A stretch of DNA of 64,000 bases from Lachnospiraceae bacterium (GTDB lineage: Bacteria > Bacillota > Clostridia > Lachnospirales > Lachnospiraceae), in assembly GCA_051878935.1 (NCBI GenBank), contig JBJELB010000013.1, positions 4,365 to 68,364 of the forward strand. The letters run 5' to 3'. Shown here piece by piece: positions 1-9,896 of the stretch. The notes below the pieces were generated by a model. That model was not told the DNA's origin and made no database searches. It saw nothing but the letters and a program-made list of their open reading frames with translations. The position numbers and the translations under genes were made by a program. Every line of letters starts with the position of its first letter. The first letter of the stretch is position 1.

Positions 1-1
1 A

Positions 2-220
2 ACATCACATGAAAGCGAGGTGGCTGAAATGATGAAATTTCAATGGACCGTCGACGATGTCATAGAGGCGGAACGCGAAAATGCACGTCAAGAAGGAGAA
101 GAGAAACATTCTCGTCTATGCAAAATGCTCCTTTCCCAGGGACGTATGGAAGACCTGTCAAAATCCCTTGACGACGAAGCTTTCCGTCAGCAATTATATG
201 AAGAATTTCATATTGTATAA
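2..220 (+). CDS. Possible 3' end of an Rpn/YhgA-like (PD-(D/E)XK) putative transposase gene, or a small stand-alone ORF
   Basis: The frame is open to the window edge. The tail '...AERENARQEGEEKHSRLCKMLLSQGRMEDLSKSLDDEAFRQQLYEEFHIV' resembles the C-terminal tails of Rpn-family proteins as I recall them. A GTG at 20 preceded by GAAAGCGAGG could also be a genuine start. Confidence 0.3.
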   Translation, partial: TSHESEVAEMMKFQWTVDDVIEAERENARQEGEEKHSRLCKMLLSQGRMEDLSKSLDDEAFRQQLYEEFHIV

Positions 221-297
221 TCAGAAACCCCGTCTCCTAAGAGTTTTCATCACACTCATAGAATACGGGGTTATATTTATTGCTTACTTTATTATCC

Positions 298-2181
298 TTA
301 TTCCTTCTTCGAACTCACGATCACTTCATCCTCACTCACATAGCGGTTGAAGATTTCCATAAACTCTTTTCCGGTAATGGTCTCTTTCTCCAACAGGAAT
401 GACGCAACTGCATCCAGTGCAGGCATATGATTTCTGATCAGGTCCACAGCCTTCTGGTAGGCATCCTTGAGCATAAGCTTCACTTCATCATCAATCTCTG
501 CTTCGGTTGCATCAGAACAATTGAGCACCGGACGTCCGTCCAGATAACGGTTTTGGATGGATTCCAGACCCATGAGACCAAAGCGATCCGACATACCATA
601 CTGGGTAATCATAGCACGGGCCATGGCGGTCGCTCTTTCGATATCATTGGACGCTCCCGTGGTAACAGAGTGGAACTTCACTTCTTCTGCGGCACGTCCA
701 CCGAAAAACGTAACCAGATCAGCTAACATCTCATCTTTGGATGTGAGATAGCGTTCTTCTTCCGGCACCTGCATCGTGTAGCCAAGAGAACCCATGGTTC
801 TTGGTACGATGGTGATCTTCTGAACCGGTTCTGTATGCTTCTGTAAGGCGATCGTTAAAGCATGACCTACCTCGTGGTATGCAACGATTTCTTTTTCCTT
901 CTGCGTCATAATGCGGTCTTTCTTCTCTTTACCGGCAATGACCACCTCAACCGATTCCAATAAGTCTTTTTGAGATACGGCATTACGGCCTTCTTTCACG
1001 GCTAAAAGAGCTGCTTCATTGACCATATTCGCAAGGTCAGAGCCAACGGCTCCTGAGGTTGCCAGAGCAATCTCTTCAAAATCAACTGTTTCATCCATAC
1101 GGACATCCTTGGAATGAACACGCAGCGTCTCAATACGACCTTTCTTATCCGGACGTTCTACGATAACACGCCGGTCAAAACGTCCCGGACGAAGCAATGC
1201 CTTATCCAATACCTCCGGACGGTTCGTTGCAGCCAGTATGACCAGACCTTTGGAAGTATCAAAACCATCCATCTCCGATAACAGCTGATTCAACGTCTGT
1301 TCCCGTTCATCGTTACCGCCGCCACCATAAGAGGTATCACGGCTCTTACCAATCGCATCGATCTCATCAATAAAGATGATACATGGCGACATTTCCTGTG
1401 CCTGCTTGAACAGGTCACGGACACGGGAGGCACCGACTCCGACGAACATTTCCACAAAATCAGATCCGGTCAGGGAAAAGAATGGCACATCCGCTTCTCC
1501 GGCGACTGCCTTTGCCAACAGGGTCTTACCGGTTCCCGGAGGGCCCACTAAAAGAGCTCCCTTCGGAAGCTTGGCACCAATCGCCAGATACTTTTCCGGA
1601 TTATGCAGGAAATCAACCATTTCCCGCAAGCTCTCCTTCGCCTCATCCTGTCCGGCTACGTCTGCAAACGTAACACCGGTTTTCTTTTCTACATACATTT
1701 TTGCATTGCTTTTACCGACACCCATGATGCCGCCTCTGCCGCCCATGCTGCGCATCAGTAAAAACATCACACCATAAATCAGTATAAATGGGATGAGATA
1801 ACCCAGTATATTCAACAGGAAGGATTGCTGTGTCGGCTCTTTTCGTTCAAAGGTCACGCCGGCAGCATCCAGACGCTGTACCAACAGCAGGTCATTCACC
1901 GCTACCGTATAATAAGTAGTTTTCAACATCATATTATCCTGTGCAATCGGCACAATGATCAGGCGGGAATCTTCCGTATCCAGTGTAACACTTTCAATCT
2001 CGCCATTCTCCAGCATATTGAGGAACTGACTGTAGCTGATCTTCTCCATCGTCCCTTCCAGCATCCTGGTCATCGCATTATTTAGCATAATCGTCATAAT
2101 CAATGTAATGATGGTAATAATAATCAACGGACGAATCCGTTTCATCATCTCTTTTGGGTCTTTTTTATCTTTGTTATCCAA
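298..2181 (-). CDS. ftsH: ATP-dependent zinc metalloprotease FtsH
   Basis: 627 aa with an N-terminal TM segment, AAA+ Walker A 'GPPGTGKT', Walker B 'IIFIDEID' and the zinc motif 'HEVGH'. Confidence 0.97.
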   Translation of the reverse strand: MDNKDKKDPKEMMKRIRPLIIITIITLIMTIMLNNAMTRMLEGTMEKISYSQFLNMLENGEIESVTLDTEDSRLIIVPIAQDNMMLKTTYYTVAVNDLLLVQRLDAAGVTFERKEPTQQSFLLNILGYLIPFILIYGVMFLLMRSMGGRGGIMGVGKSNAKMYVEKKTGVTFADVAGQDEAKESLREMVDFLHNPEKYLAIGAKLPKGALLVGPPGTGKTLLAKAVAGEADVPFFSLTGSDFVEMFVGVGASRVRDLFKQAQEMSPCIIFIDEIDAIGKSRDTSYGGGGNDEREQTLNQLLSEMDGFDTSKGLVILAATNRPEVLDKALLRPGRFDRRVIVERPDKKGRIETLRVHSKDVRMDETVDFEEIALATSGAVGSDLANMVNEAALLAVKEGRNAVSQKDLLESVEVVIAGKEKKDRIMTQKEKEIVAYHEVGHALTIALQKHTEPVQKITIVPRTMGSLGYTMQVPEEERYLTSKDEMLADLVTFFGGRAAEEVKFHSVTTGASNDIERATAMARAMITQYGMSDRFGLMGLESIQNRYLDGRPVLNCSDATEAEIDDEVKLMLKDAYQKAVDLIRNHMPALDAVASFLLEKETITGKEFMEIFNRYVSEDEVIVSSKKE

Positions 2182-2278
2182 TTAGAATCTCCTTTTCTAT
2201 TGTATATTTAGGGTCTTACATGTCATTATAACATTCTGTTCTAAAATAGCAACTACTACTTTTTTTCTTGGCAACTCC

Positions 2279-2306
2279 TTGACTTCCCCGAATTTCATTG
2301 TATAAT
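2279..2306 (+). promoter_or_regulatory. Sigma-A type promoter for eda-kdgK
   Basis: TTGACT (2279-2284), 16-nt spacer, TATAAT (2301-2306), about 40 nt upstream of the eda RBS AAAGGAG. Confidence 0.5.
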
Positions 2307-2345
2307 TTAGAGTAGATAAAAATTGCAAATTAAAGGAGATTTATC

Positions 2346-3308
2346 ATGAACGAAGTTTTAGAGAAAATTCAAAAAATCGGTATCGTTCCTGTCGTTGTCC
2401 TTGATGATGCCAAGGATGCTGTTCCTCTGGCTAAGGCTCTTTGCGAAGGCGGCCTTCCGTGTGCAGAAGTTACATTCCGCACTGCTGCTGCCAGAGATGC
2501 CATCAAAGCTATGACAGAAGCATATCCGGAGATGCTGGTTGGTGCAGGCACGGTACTTACAACAGAACAGGTAGATGCTGCTGTGGAAGCCGGAGCAAAA
2601 TTTATCGTAAGCCCTGGATTGAATCCAAAAACAGTGAAATATTGTGTAGATAAAGGAATTCCTGTAACACCGGGAACAACCAATCCGAGTGACATTGAAC
2701 AGGCCATTGAGCTTGGTCTGGATGTCGTAAAATTCTTCCCTGCAGAACCTGCAGGAGGTATCAAGATGATCAAAGCGATGGCTGCTCCATACGTTAATAT
2801 GAAGTTTATGCCTACCGGCGGTATCAGTGCTGCCAATTTAAATGATTACTTAAGCTTCAACAAAATCATTGCCTGCGGCGGCAGCTGGATGGTTCCAAAG
2901 GATTTGGTAACTGCAGGTGAGTTTGATAAGATTCGCGACCTGACAAGAGAGGCTGTTCAGACCATGTTAGGCTTTGAGCTTCGTCATGTTGGAATCAATG
3001 CTGCAAATGATGCAGAAGCAGATACAGCAGCAAGCGCTTTTGATGCTATGTTCGGATTTACAAAGAAGGTTGGTAATTCCTCCATCTTTGCCGGTACAGG
3101 CGTTGAAGTCATGAAAACACCGTATCTTGGTACCCATGGACACATTGCCATCGGAACCAACTACATGGATCGTGCAGTGAATTATTTAGAGATGCAGGGA
3201 TATGCATTTGATATGAGTACCGCAAAATACAACGATAAAGGTGCTATGACAGCAGTTTACTTCAAAGATGAAATCGGTGGTTTCGCCGTTCATTTAGTAC
3301 AAAAATAA
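2346..3308 (+). CDS. eda: KDPG/KHG aldolase (Eda) fused to a ~110-aa C-terminal VOC/glyoxalase-like domain
   Basis: The first ~210 aa match the Eda family ('VPVVVLDD', 'AEVTFRT', 'GAGTVL', 'KFFPA', 'PTGG'). The extra C-terminal region 'FELRHVGINA...HGHIAIGT...FAVHLVQK' looks like a VOC fold. Confidence 0.85.
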   Translation: MNEVLEKIQKIGIVPVVVLDDAKDAVPLAKALCEGGLPCAEVTFRTAAARDAIKAMTEAYPEMLVGAGTVLTTEQVDAAVEAGAKFIVSPGLNPKTVKYCVDKGIPVTPGTTNPSDIEQAIELGLDVVKFFPAEPAGGIKMIKAMAAPYVNMKFMPTGGISAANLNDYLSFNKIIACGGSWMVPKDLVTAGEFDKIRDLTREAVQTMLGFELRHVGINAANDAEADTAASAFDAMFGFTKKVGNSSIFAGTGVEVMKTPYLGTHGHIAIGTNYMDRAVNYLEMQGYAFDMSTAKYNDKGAMTAVYFKDEIGGFAVHLVQK

Positions 3309-3321
3309 GGAGAATAAGAAA

Positions 3322-4347
3322 ATGGCAAAAAAAGTTATTACATTTGGTGAAATTATGTTAAGACTCGCACCGGAAGGATATTACCGTTTTGTGCAGGCAG
3401 AATCCTTCGGCGCAACATACGGCGGCGGAGAAGCAAACGTAGCTGTTTCTCTTGCAAATTACGGTTTCGATGCAAAATTCGTTACCAAATTACCTGCACA
3501 CGAAATCGGACAGGCTGCAGTAAACTCTTTAAGAAAATATGGCGTTGATACTTCCTATATCACCCGTGGCGGTGACCGTGTAGGTATCTACTTCCTTGAA
3601 AAAGGTGCCAGCCAACGTCCTTCCAAGGTTATTTACGACCGTGCGAACTCTTCTATCGCAACAGCTACTACCGCTGACTTCAACTGGGATGAGATTTTCG
3701 AAGGTGCTGACTGGTTCCACTTTACAGGTATTACTCCTGCATTGAACGATGAAGTTGCTGCTATCTGCTTAGAAGCATGTAAAGCTGCAAAAGCAAAAGG
3801 CGTAACCATCAGCTGTGACTTAAACTACCGTAACAAATTATGGTCCAAAGAAAAAGCAGGACAGGTTATGGGCGAATTATGTCAGTATGTTGATGTCTGT
3901 ATCGCAAACGAAGAAGATGCCGCTGATGTATTCGGTATCAAAGCAGCTAACACAGATGTTACAACAGGTACTGTTAACCATGAAGGTTATAAAGATGTTG
4001 CAAAACAGCTTGCTGACCGTTTTGGTTTCTCCAAAGTGGCTATTACATTACGTGAATCCTTATCGGCTAACGATAATAACTGGTCCGCTATGTTATACGA
4101 CGGAACAGACTATTACTTCAGCAAGAAATACAAAATGCATATCGTTGACCGTGTAGGTGGCGGTGACAGCTTTGGCGGCGGTTTAATCTGCGCTACTTTA
4201 AATGGTTATGATTCTCAGGGAACCATCGAATTTGCTGTAGCAGCTTCCTGCTTGAAACACTCTATCGAGGGAGACTTCAACATGGTATCCATGGATGAAG
4301 TTGCAAAGCTTGCCGGTGGTGACGGTTCCGGCCGTGTGCAGAGATAA
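3322..4347 (+). CDS. kdgK: 2-dehydro-3-deoxygluconokinase (PfkB family)
   Basis: 341 aa with PfkB signatures ('GGGEANVA', C-terminal 'DRVGGGDSF'). It lies directly downstream of eda. Confidence 0.85.
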   Translation: MAKKVITFGEIMLRLAPEGYYRFVQAESFGATYGGGEANVAVSLANYGFDAKFVTKLPAHEIGQAAVNSLRKYGVDTSYITRGGDRVGIYFLEKGASQRPSKVIYDRANSSIATATTADFNWDEIFEGADWFHFTGITPALNDEVAAICLEACKAAKAKGVTISCDLNYRNKLWSKEKAGQVMGELCQYVDVCIANEEDAADVFGIKAANTDVTTGTVNHEGYKDVAKQLADRFGFSKVAITLRESLSANDNNWSAMLYDGTDYYFSKKYKMHIVDRVGGGDSFGGGLICATLNGYDSQGTIEFAVAASCLKHSIEGDFNMVSMDEVAKLAGGDGSGRVQR

Positions 4348-4374
4348 TTTCTCTCACTCATCCATAAGTATAAT

Positions 4375-4424
4375 AAAACATCCGGTATTTGATATATTCT
4401 TACCAAATACCGGATGTTTTATTA
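4375..4424 (+). terminator. Intrinsic terminator of eda-kdgK
   Basis: 17-bp stem AAAACATCCGGTATTTG / CAAATACCGGATGTTTT followed by ATTAT, about 27 nt after the kdgK stop. Confidence 0.85.
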
Positions 4425-4427
4425 TAC

Positions 4428-4750
4428 TCTCGTTCACAAAATCACGTATCCCTCTGCGCAGGTTGCCCGTCCGGCCGCATTTATGTATTTTTTCGCAGAC
4501 GCACAGGCTTTAGAAAGACACACCTGCCGTTTCTATTACGTTTGATTACGCGCCTTTTAACAAAACTCACCAACCGAAGTGTTTCAAATATCTTTTTTAG
4601 GCCGTTTGAAAACGCCGGTACTTAGCTCCTGTACTTTAGGAGCTTACGTACCGTTGCGTTGGAAACCGCGCGCAAGCATGCCTAAAAAAGATATTGAAAT
4701 CACTGACGGTTGATTCAAAATAGTTAACGGCGCGTTTCGTGATAGAAACG
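4428..4750 (+). repeat. Hairpin-forming repeat element, copy A (right arm truncated)
   Basis: Homologous to 17406-17817 (inverted orientation) and 35146-35572 (same orientation). Shared modules are 'GATTACGCGCC...GTGTTT.A.ATATCTTTT' and 'AAAAGATA.TGAAATCACT..CGGT.GA...CGGCGCGTT.CGTGA'. The left arm (4428-4601) pairs with 4681-4751 only. Confidence 0.85.
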
Positions 4751-5284
4751 GAACGCCGGATACTCTTTATCTTTATCGCTTAGGACTACTTTCATATCCT
4801 CCGGAATCGGCCAATCAATCCCAATCGCCGGATCGTTCCACATCAATCCGCCTTCATCTGTCGGGTCATAAAGATTGGTACATTGATACACAAATGTTGC
4901 CGTTTCCGACAACACCAAGAATCCATGTGCCATTCCTTCCGGAATATAGAACTGGTTCTTTTTTTCTGCTGTCAGATGGACGCCAACCCATTTCCCATAG
5001 GTCTTACTGTCCGGGCGGATATCTACCGCCACATCGAATACTTCGCCTTCTGTTACCCGGACTAACTTACCCTGGGGATGCTCCTTCTGAAAGTGAAGCC
5101 CGCGCAGGACTCCACGTTTGGAATGGGATTCATTCATCTGTACAAAACGCATAGTCAGACCTGCTGCATCAAATTCAGCCTGATTGTACGTTTCCATAAA
5201 GTATCCTCTATGATCACCAAACAGTGTCGGCTCAATCTCATATACTCCTTCTATTACTGTTTCTTTAAATGTAAACTTACCCAT
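4724..5284 (-). CDS. rfbC: dTDP-4-dehydrorhamnose 3,5-epimerase
   Basis: 186 aa, RmlC cupin family ('FGDHRGYF', 'RGLHFQ', 'PEGMAHGF'). Confidence 0.93.
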   Translation of the reverse strand: MGKFTFKETVIEGVYEIEPTLFGDHRGYFMETYNQAEFDAAGLTMRFVQMNESHSKRGVLRGLHFQKEHPQGKLVRVTEGEVFDVAVDIRPDSKTYGKWVGVHLTAEKKNQFYIPEGMAHGFLVLSETATFVYQCTNLYDPTDEGGLMWNDPAIGIDWPIPEDMKVVLSDKDKEYPAFRFYHETRR

Positions 5285-6309
5285 TACACTAATCGCTCTC
5301 CGTACATTTTATCAAAATAATTCCGGTATTCTCCACTGATGATATTCTCCCACCATTCTTTATGATTCAAATACCACTCAATGGTCTGTGCTATTCCGGT
5401 ATCAAAATGGTATACCGGTTTCCAGCCTAACTGTGTTTCCATCTTCGTCGGGTCAATCGCATACCGCATATCATGTCCCGGCCGGTCCTTGACATAACGG
5501 ATTAAAGTTTCCGGTTTTCCTAAGGCAGACAAAATCGTTTTGACTACTTCCAGATTACTTCTCTCATTATGCCCGCCGATATTATAGACCTCACCAATGG
5601 CTCCCTTTTTCAAAATCAGATCAATCGCCACACAGTGATCATATACATGCAGCCAGTCCCGCACATTTGCCCCATTGCCATACACCGGGAGCTCCTCTTC
5701 CGCAAGAGCCCGGCTAATCATCAACGGAATCAGCTTCTCCGGAAACTGGTACGGTCCATAGTTATTCGAGCAACGGGATATCGTCACCGGCAGTCCATAC
5801 GTTCTGTGATATGCCAGAACAAACAGATCTGCACTTGCCTTACTGGATGAATACGGACTCGACGTATGCAACGGAGTTTCCTCTGTAAAGAACAAATCCT
5901 TGCGATCCAATGGCAGGTCTCCATATACCTCATCTGTTGAAACCTGATGGAATCTTCCTACACCATGAATACGGCAGGCATCCAACAGCACCTGCGTTCC
6001 ATATACATTTGTCATCACAAAAATACCCGGATTTTCAATCGAACGGTCTACATGACTCTCAGCAGCAAAATTCACAACGACATCAAACTGTTCTTTCTCA
6101 AATAAATCCATGATAAAATCACGGTTTGAAATATCTCCCCGGATAAACCGGTAATTTGGTTTCTCTTCCACGCTCTTGAGCGTTTCCAGATTGCCCGCAT
6201 AAGTCAGCAGATCCAGATTGACGATCTCATCCTGCGGATACTGCTCCACCATATAATGAACAAAATTGGCTCCGATAAAGCCGGCACCACCTGTGATTAA
6301 CAATTTCAT
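5284..6309 (-). CDS. rfbB: dTDP-glucose 4,6-dehydratase
   Basis: SDR fold with 'MKLLITGGAGFIG' and 'YSSSKA'. I chose the ATG at 6309 (RBS GAGGA 7 nt upstream) over the longer track ORF start at 6324. Confidence 0.95.
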   Translation of the reverse strand: MKLLITGGAGFIGANFVHYMVEQYPQDEIVNLDLLTYAGNLETLKSVEEKPNYRFIRGDISNRDFIMDLFEKEQFDVVVNFAAESHVDRSIENPGIFVMTNVYGTQVLLDACRIHGVGRFHQVSTDEVYGDLPLDRKDLFFTEETPLHTSSPYSSSKASADLFVLAYHRTYGLPVTISRCSNNYGPYQFPEKLIPLMISRALAEEELPVYGNGANVRDWLHVYDHCVAIDLILKKGAIGEVYNIGGHNERSNLEVVKTILSALGKPETLIRYVKDRPGHDMRYAIDPTKMETQLGWKPVYHFDTGIAQTIEWYLNHKEWWENIISGEYRNYFDKMYGERLV

Positions 6310-6331
6310 ATTTGCTATCCTCAATCTCTAT

Positions 6332-7213
6332 CTAACGCGTAATAATCTTACCATCCATAACCTGACGTAAATAAACACCATACTGGTTGTTTTTATATAA
6401 TTCGCACACCGGAAGCAATGCCTCCTTCGAAATCCAGCCATTCAGATACGCGATTTCTTCCAGACATGCAATCTTACAATGCTGATGGGTTTCTACTGTC
6501 TTGACAAAGTTAGTAGCCTCTACCAGCGATTCATGGGTTCCGGTATCCAGCCAGGTAAAGCCCTGACCCAGGATTTCCACCTCCAGCTCTCCGTTTTCCA
6601 AATAGATTCGGTTCAAATCAGTTATCTCATACTCCCCGCGTTTGGAAGGCTTTAAGCTCTTTGCATATTCCACGACACGATTATCGTAGAAATACAAGCC
6701 TGTCACACAGTAATTTGATTTTGGGTATTCCGGTTTCTCTTCTATGGAAATCACACGTCCCTGTCCATCAAATTCCACAATACCAAAACGCTCCGGGTCT
6801 TCTACGTAATATCCGAATATGGTTGCTCCCGTTTCTCTGGCAACCGCCTCACGGAGTTTCTTTTTTAAACCATGTCCATGAAAGATATTATCCCCCAAAA
6901 CCATCGCCACCGAATCCGTTCCAATAAATTCTTCGCCCAAAACGAACGCCTGAGCCAGACCGTCCGGACTTGGCTGAACCTTGTATGACAGGGCAATTCC
7001 AAACTGATGCCCATCTCCTAACAGACGTTCAAACCGAGGCAGATCCTCCGGTGTGGAAATAATCAGAATCTCCCGGATTCCGGCATTCATCAATATTGAC
7101 AACGGATAATAAATCATCGGTTTATCATAAATCGGAAGCAACTGCTTCGATGTCACCTTTGTCAACGGATATAACCTGGTTCCGGAACCCCCTGCAAGAA
7201 TAATACCCTTCAT
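6332..7213 (-). CDS. rfbA: Glucose-1-phosphate thymidylyltransferase
   Basis: 293 aa starting '[18 protein letters not shown]', typical of RmlA. Confidence 0.95.
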   Translation of the reverse strand: MKGIILAGGSGTRLYPLTKVTSKQLLPIYDKPMIYYPLSILMNAGIREILIISTPEDLPRFERLLGDGHQFGIALSYKVQPSPDGLAQAFVLGEEFIGTDSVAMVLGDNIFHGHGLKKKLREAVARETGATIFGYYVEDPERFGIVEFDGQGRVISIEEKPEYPKSNYCVTGLYFYDNRVVEYAKSLKPSKRGEYEITDLNRIYLENGELEVEILGQGFTWLDTGTHESLVEATNFVKTVETHQHCKIACLEEIAYLNGWISKEALLPVCELYKNNQYGVYLRQVMDGKIITR

Positions 7214-7230
7214 AAGAAATCCTTTCTATT

Positions 7231-8685
7231 CTAATGTCTATGCATAGAATATTCACAATCCTCTAATTTATCGATGGCTTCCTTGATATTCCGTCCATCT
7301 GCCTGAGCCAATAAAGCATTCCGATCCTTTTTAGATGGAATTTCGGAACGAAGACTTCCAGGTCCGTTGACACAACCACCGACACAAGCCATTCCTTCAA
7401 TAAAGTCAGTAGGTAGTTTACCCATTTTTAACATCAATAATGCTTTCTTACACTCTGCAGCACCATTTCCCTGCGTTACAGTAATGTCTGTTGACTCACC
7501 CTGTTCTTTCAATGCCTGCAAAACAGCAGCTGTTACACCACCGGCATTACCGAATTTCTTACCATAAATACTTCCCTCCTGGAAGTCATCATTCTCAAAG
7601 TATCCAGGATTTACCTGTTGTGCATGGAACAAAGCATTCAATTCTTCAAAGGTCAAAGCATAATCTGCATTGCCTTTACCGACACTGTCAAGAACCTCCG
7701 ATTTCTTTGCAATACAAGGTCCGATAAATACGGTTACACAATCCGGATCCAGAGCCTTCAGATAACGGCTTAACGCAAACATCGGAGAAATGGTAGTAGA
7801 CATATTATCAAGCACTTCAGGAAAATGCTTTCTGATCATATTAACAAATGCCGGACAGCAGGAGGTTGTCATCTTCTTCCCTTCCTTATAAGCTTCTGCC
7901 CACTCGGCTGCTTCTGCATCGGCAACCAGATCGCCTCCGACTGCAACCTCATACATATCATCAAAGCCCAACGCTTTGATTGCCTGTTTCATCGCACCCA
8001 TGGAAATATTGCCAAACTGGCCTTCCCCTGCCGGCGCTACCATAGCATATACTTTTTTGTCTTCCTGCTTAATGAGATTAATGACATCCACCATAAAGGA
8101 ACGATCAGAAATCGCACCAAAAGGACAGTCCTTAATACAGGAACCGCATTGGATACATTTCTCTTCATCTATGACAACAATATTATTCTCATCCATGGAA
8201 ATCGCATCCACCGGACAACTCCTCTTACATGGACGCATCAGGTCAGCAATCGCATTATATGGACATGCCTGAGAACATTTACCACATTCCTTACAGCGGT
8301 CCGGATCAATATATGCGCGGTCTCTTGTCATGGATATCGCACCGAAATTACAAGCCTGCTGGCACTTCTTACCTAAACATTTCTGACAGTTATCTGTGAC
8401 GACATAACGGGTAATCGGACAGCCTTCACATGCGGACTGGATGGTCTGCACAATATTTTTGCTGCTGCCGCCTGCCGGGCTTAATCCTCTGGCAAGACGG
8501 ACACGCTCTCTGATAATCTCACGCTCTTTATGGATACAGCAACGGAATTGTGGTTTTGGTCCCGGAATCATTGTATAAGGAATCTGGTCCTGTTTCTCAT
8601 CCAGTTCTCCCGCAAACGCCAGGCGTGCAACGTTATATAACACTTCCTGTTTCAGGTTTACTATCGTAGCATCATTTTTTAACAT
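7231..8685 (-). CDS. Monomeric [FeFe]-hydrogenase-like protein (ferredoxin-type clusters plus H-cluster domain)
   Basis: 484 aa with several CxxCxxCxxxCP motifs. H-domain motifs are L1 'TSCCPAF', L2 'GPCIAKKSE' and L3 'EGMACVGGCVNGPG'. Confidence 0.85.
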   Translation of the reverse strand: MLKNDATIVNLKQEVLYNVARLAFAGELDEKQDQIPYTMIPGPKPQFRCCIHKEREIIRERVRLARGLSPAGGSSKNIVQTIQSACEGCPITRYVVTDNCQKCLGKKCQQACNFGAISMTRDRAYIDPDRCKECGKCSQACPYNAIADLMRPCKRSCPVDAISMDENNIVVIDEEKCIQCGSCIKDCPFGAISDRSFMVDVINLIKQEDKKVYAMVAPAGEGQFGNISMGAMKQAIKALGFDDMYEVAVGGDLVADAEAAEWAEAYKEGKKMTTSCCPAFVNMIRKHFPEVLDNMSTTISPMFALSRYLKALDPDCVTVFIGPCIAKKSEVLDSVGKGNADYALTFEELNALFHAQQVNPGYFENDDFQEGSIYGKKFGNAGGVTAAVLQALKEQGESTDITVTQGNGAAECKKALLMLKMGKLPTDFIEGMACVGGCVNGPGSLRSEIPSKKDRNALLAQADGRNIKEAIDKLEDCEYSMHRH

Positions 8686-8709
8686 AATTTCCTCCTAATG
8701 TTTCCTATA

Positions 8710-9885
8710 TCAATAATACTGTATCGTGACATTTTTCCCGAGCTTTTCCAAGACTTCCCTCATCTGTTCAATCAGATTCATTCGAATACTGATATCAAAG
8801 GGCAGATTCGGATTCTGGTGGGCTCCGTTAATTGCTTTTCCCACGTAGAAATTCAAGTCAGTACAGGACTCAATGATAATCTTGGCAATCATTGAGCCTC
8901 CGTTCAATTTATCCAGTTCTTCAAAAAAGCTTTCCGATACTACTTCTGTATCTGCATATTGTTTTAACAGCATCAAGGCCCGGCTCAGTGTCACAATACC
9001 TTCTGTCGTCAGGTCGATACCTTCGATATGTGCAATCGGCGGAATATCCGGGTCCAGATAATCTAATGACGTCTCAATCTTTTTCCCCAGATAACGCGAC
9101 GCAATATTGGCAGTCGTTCCACCACTGACAATCTTTATGCCATCATTCTTCATAAAGTCAATCATGACCTTAATATCCATATCCGGATCCTTGGGAGGAC
9201 CGGTAAAAATATCAACGATTTTACGCTCTATTACACGGAAAACCGATACTGTTGTATCATCTCCCGGGACATGATTATACAAATCATCACAAGCATCACT
9301 AATCAACAGCGCCATACGTCTCGCAGTCGGTGCTTTATACTGGTTGTTGACTGCGTATTCTGCAATGCTGTCCCACGTCCAACCGAAATTCAGCAAATCA
9401 CCAACACCGGCATGAATCGTACCATCACTCATGATGATAAACATATCATTCTTCTGTACCTGAAACCGGTATTCACTGATTTCTTTTCCTTCAATCATTC
9501 TCTTGTTAAATGGAATTTTGACCACCTTGCCATCCCGAAGGAAAATGCAGCTCGGATTATCAAATTCCACCAGATAGGCATCCCCATTATGATTAATCTG
9601 TAAAATCGAAAATGTTGAGTATGCCACCTGTCTTACCTGACATATGGGCAGAGTTTTTACGATGGTTTCGACACATTCATCTACCGAAGCACCACCGAGT
9701 ATCATAGTACCCAGTATCTTCGATGTCAAGGTCGATAAAATATTTGCCTTAACACCGGAACCCATTCCATCTGCCAGAATCAAAATATCCGCATCCGGCG
9801 TCTTAAGAATCTCAACCTTATCCCCGCACAGCTCTTCATGATGTTTGTTTAAGCTTTTATAGGCAGAATCTACACTTACGTTCAT
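8710..9885 (-). CDS. SpoIIE/PP2C-family protein phosphatase with an uncharacterised ~170-aa C-terminal domain
   Basis: PP2C metal-binding motifs 'CGD', 'ADGMGSG', 'MSDG' and 'GDDTTV' fall in the first ~215 aa. Confidence 0.85.
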   Translation of the reverse strand: MNVSVDSAYKSLNKHHEELCGDKVEILKTPDADILILADGMGSGVKANILSTLTSKILGTMILGGASVDECVETIVKTLPICQVRQVAYSTFSILQINHNGDAYLVEFDNPSCIFLRDGKVVKIPFNKRMIEGKEISEYRFQVQKNDMFIIMSDGTIHAGVGDLLNFGWTWDSIAEYAVNNQYKAPTARRMALLISDACDDLYNHVPGDDTTVSVFRVIERKIVDIFTGPPKDPDMDIKVMIDFMKNDGIKIVSGGTTANIASRYLGKKIETSLDYLDPDIPPIAHIEGIDLTTEGIVTLSRALMLLKQYADTEVVSESFFEELDKLNGGSMIAKIIIESCTDLNFYVGKAINGAHQNPNLPFDISIRMNLIEQMREVLEKLGKNVTIQYY

Positions 9886-9896
9886 ACGAAATCCTC

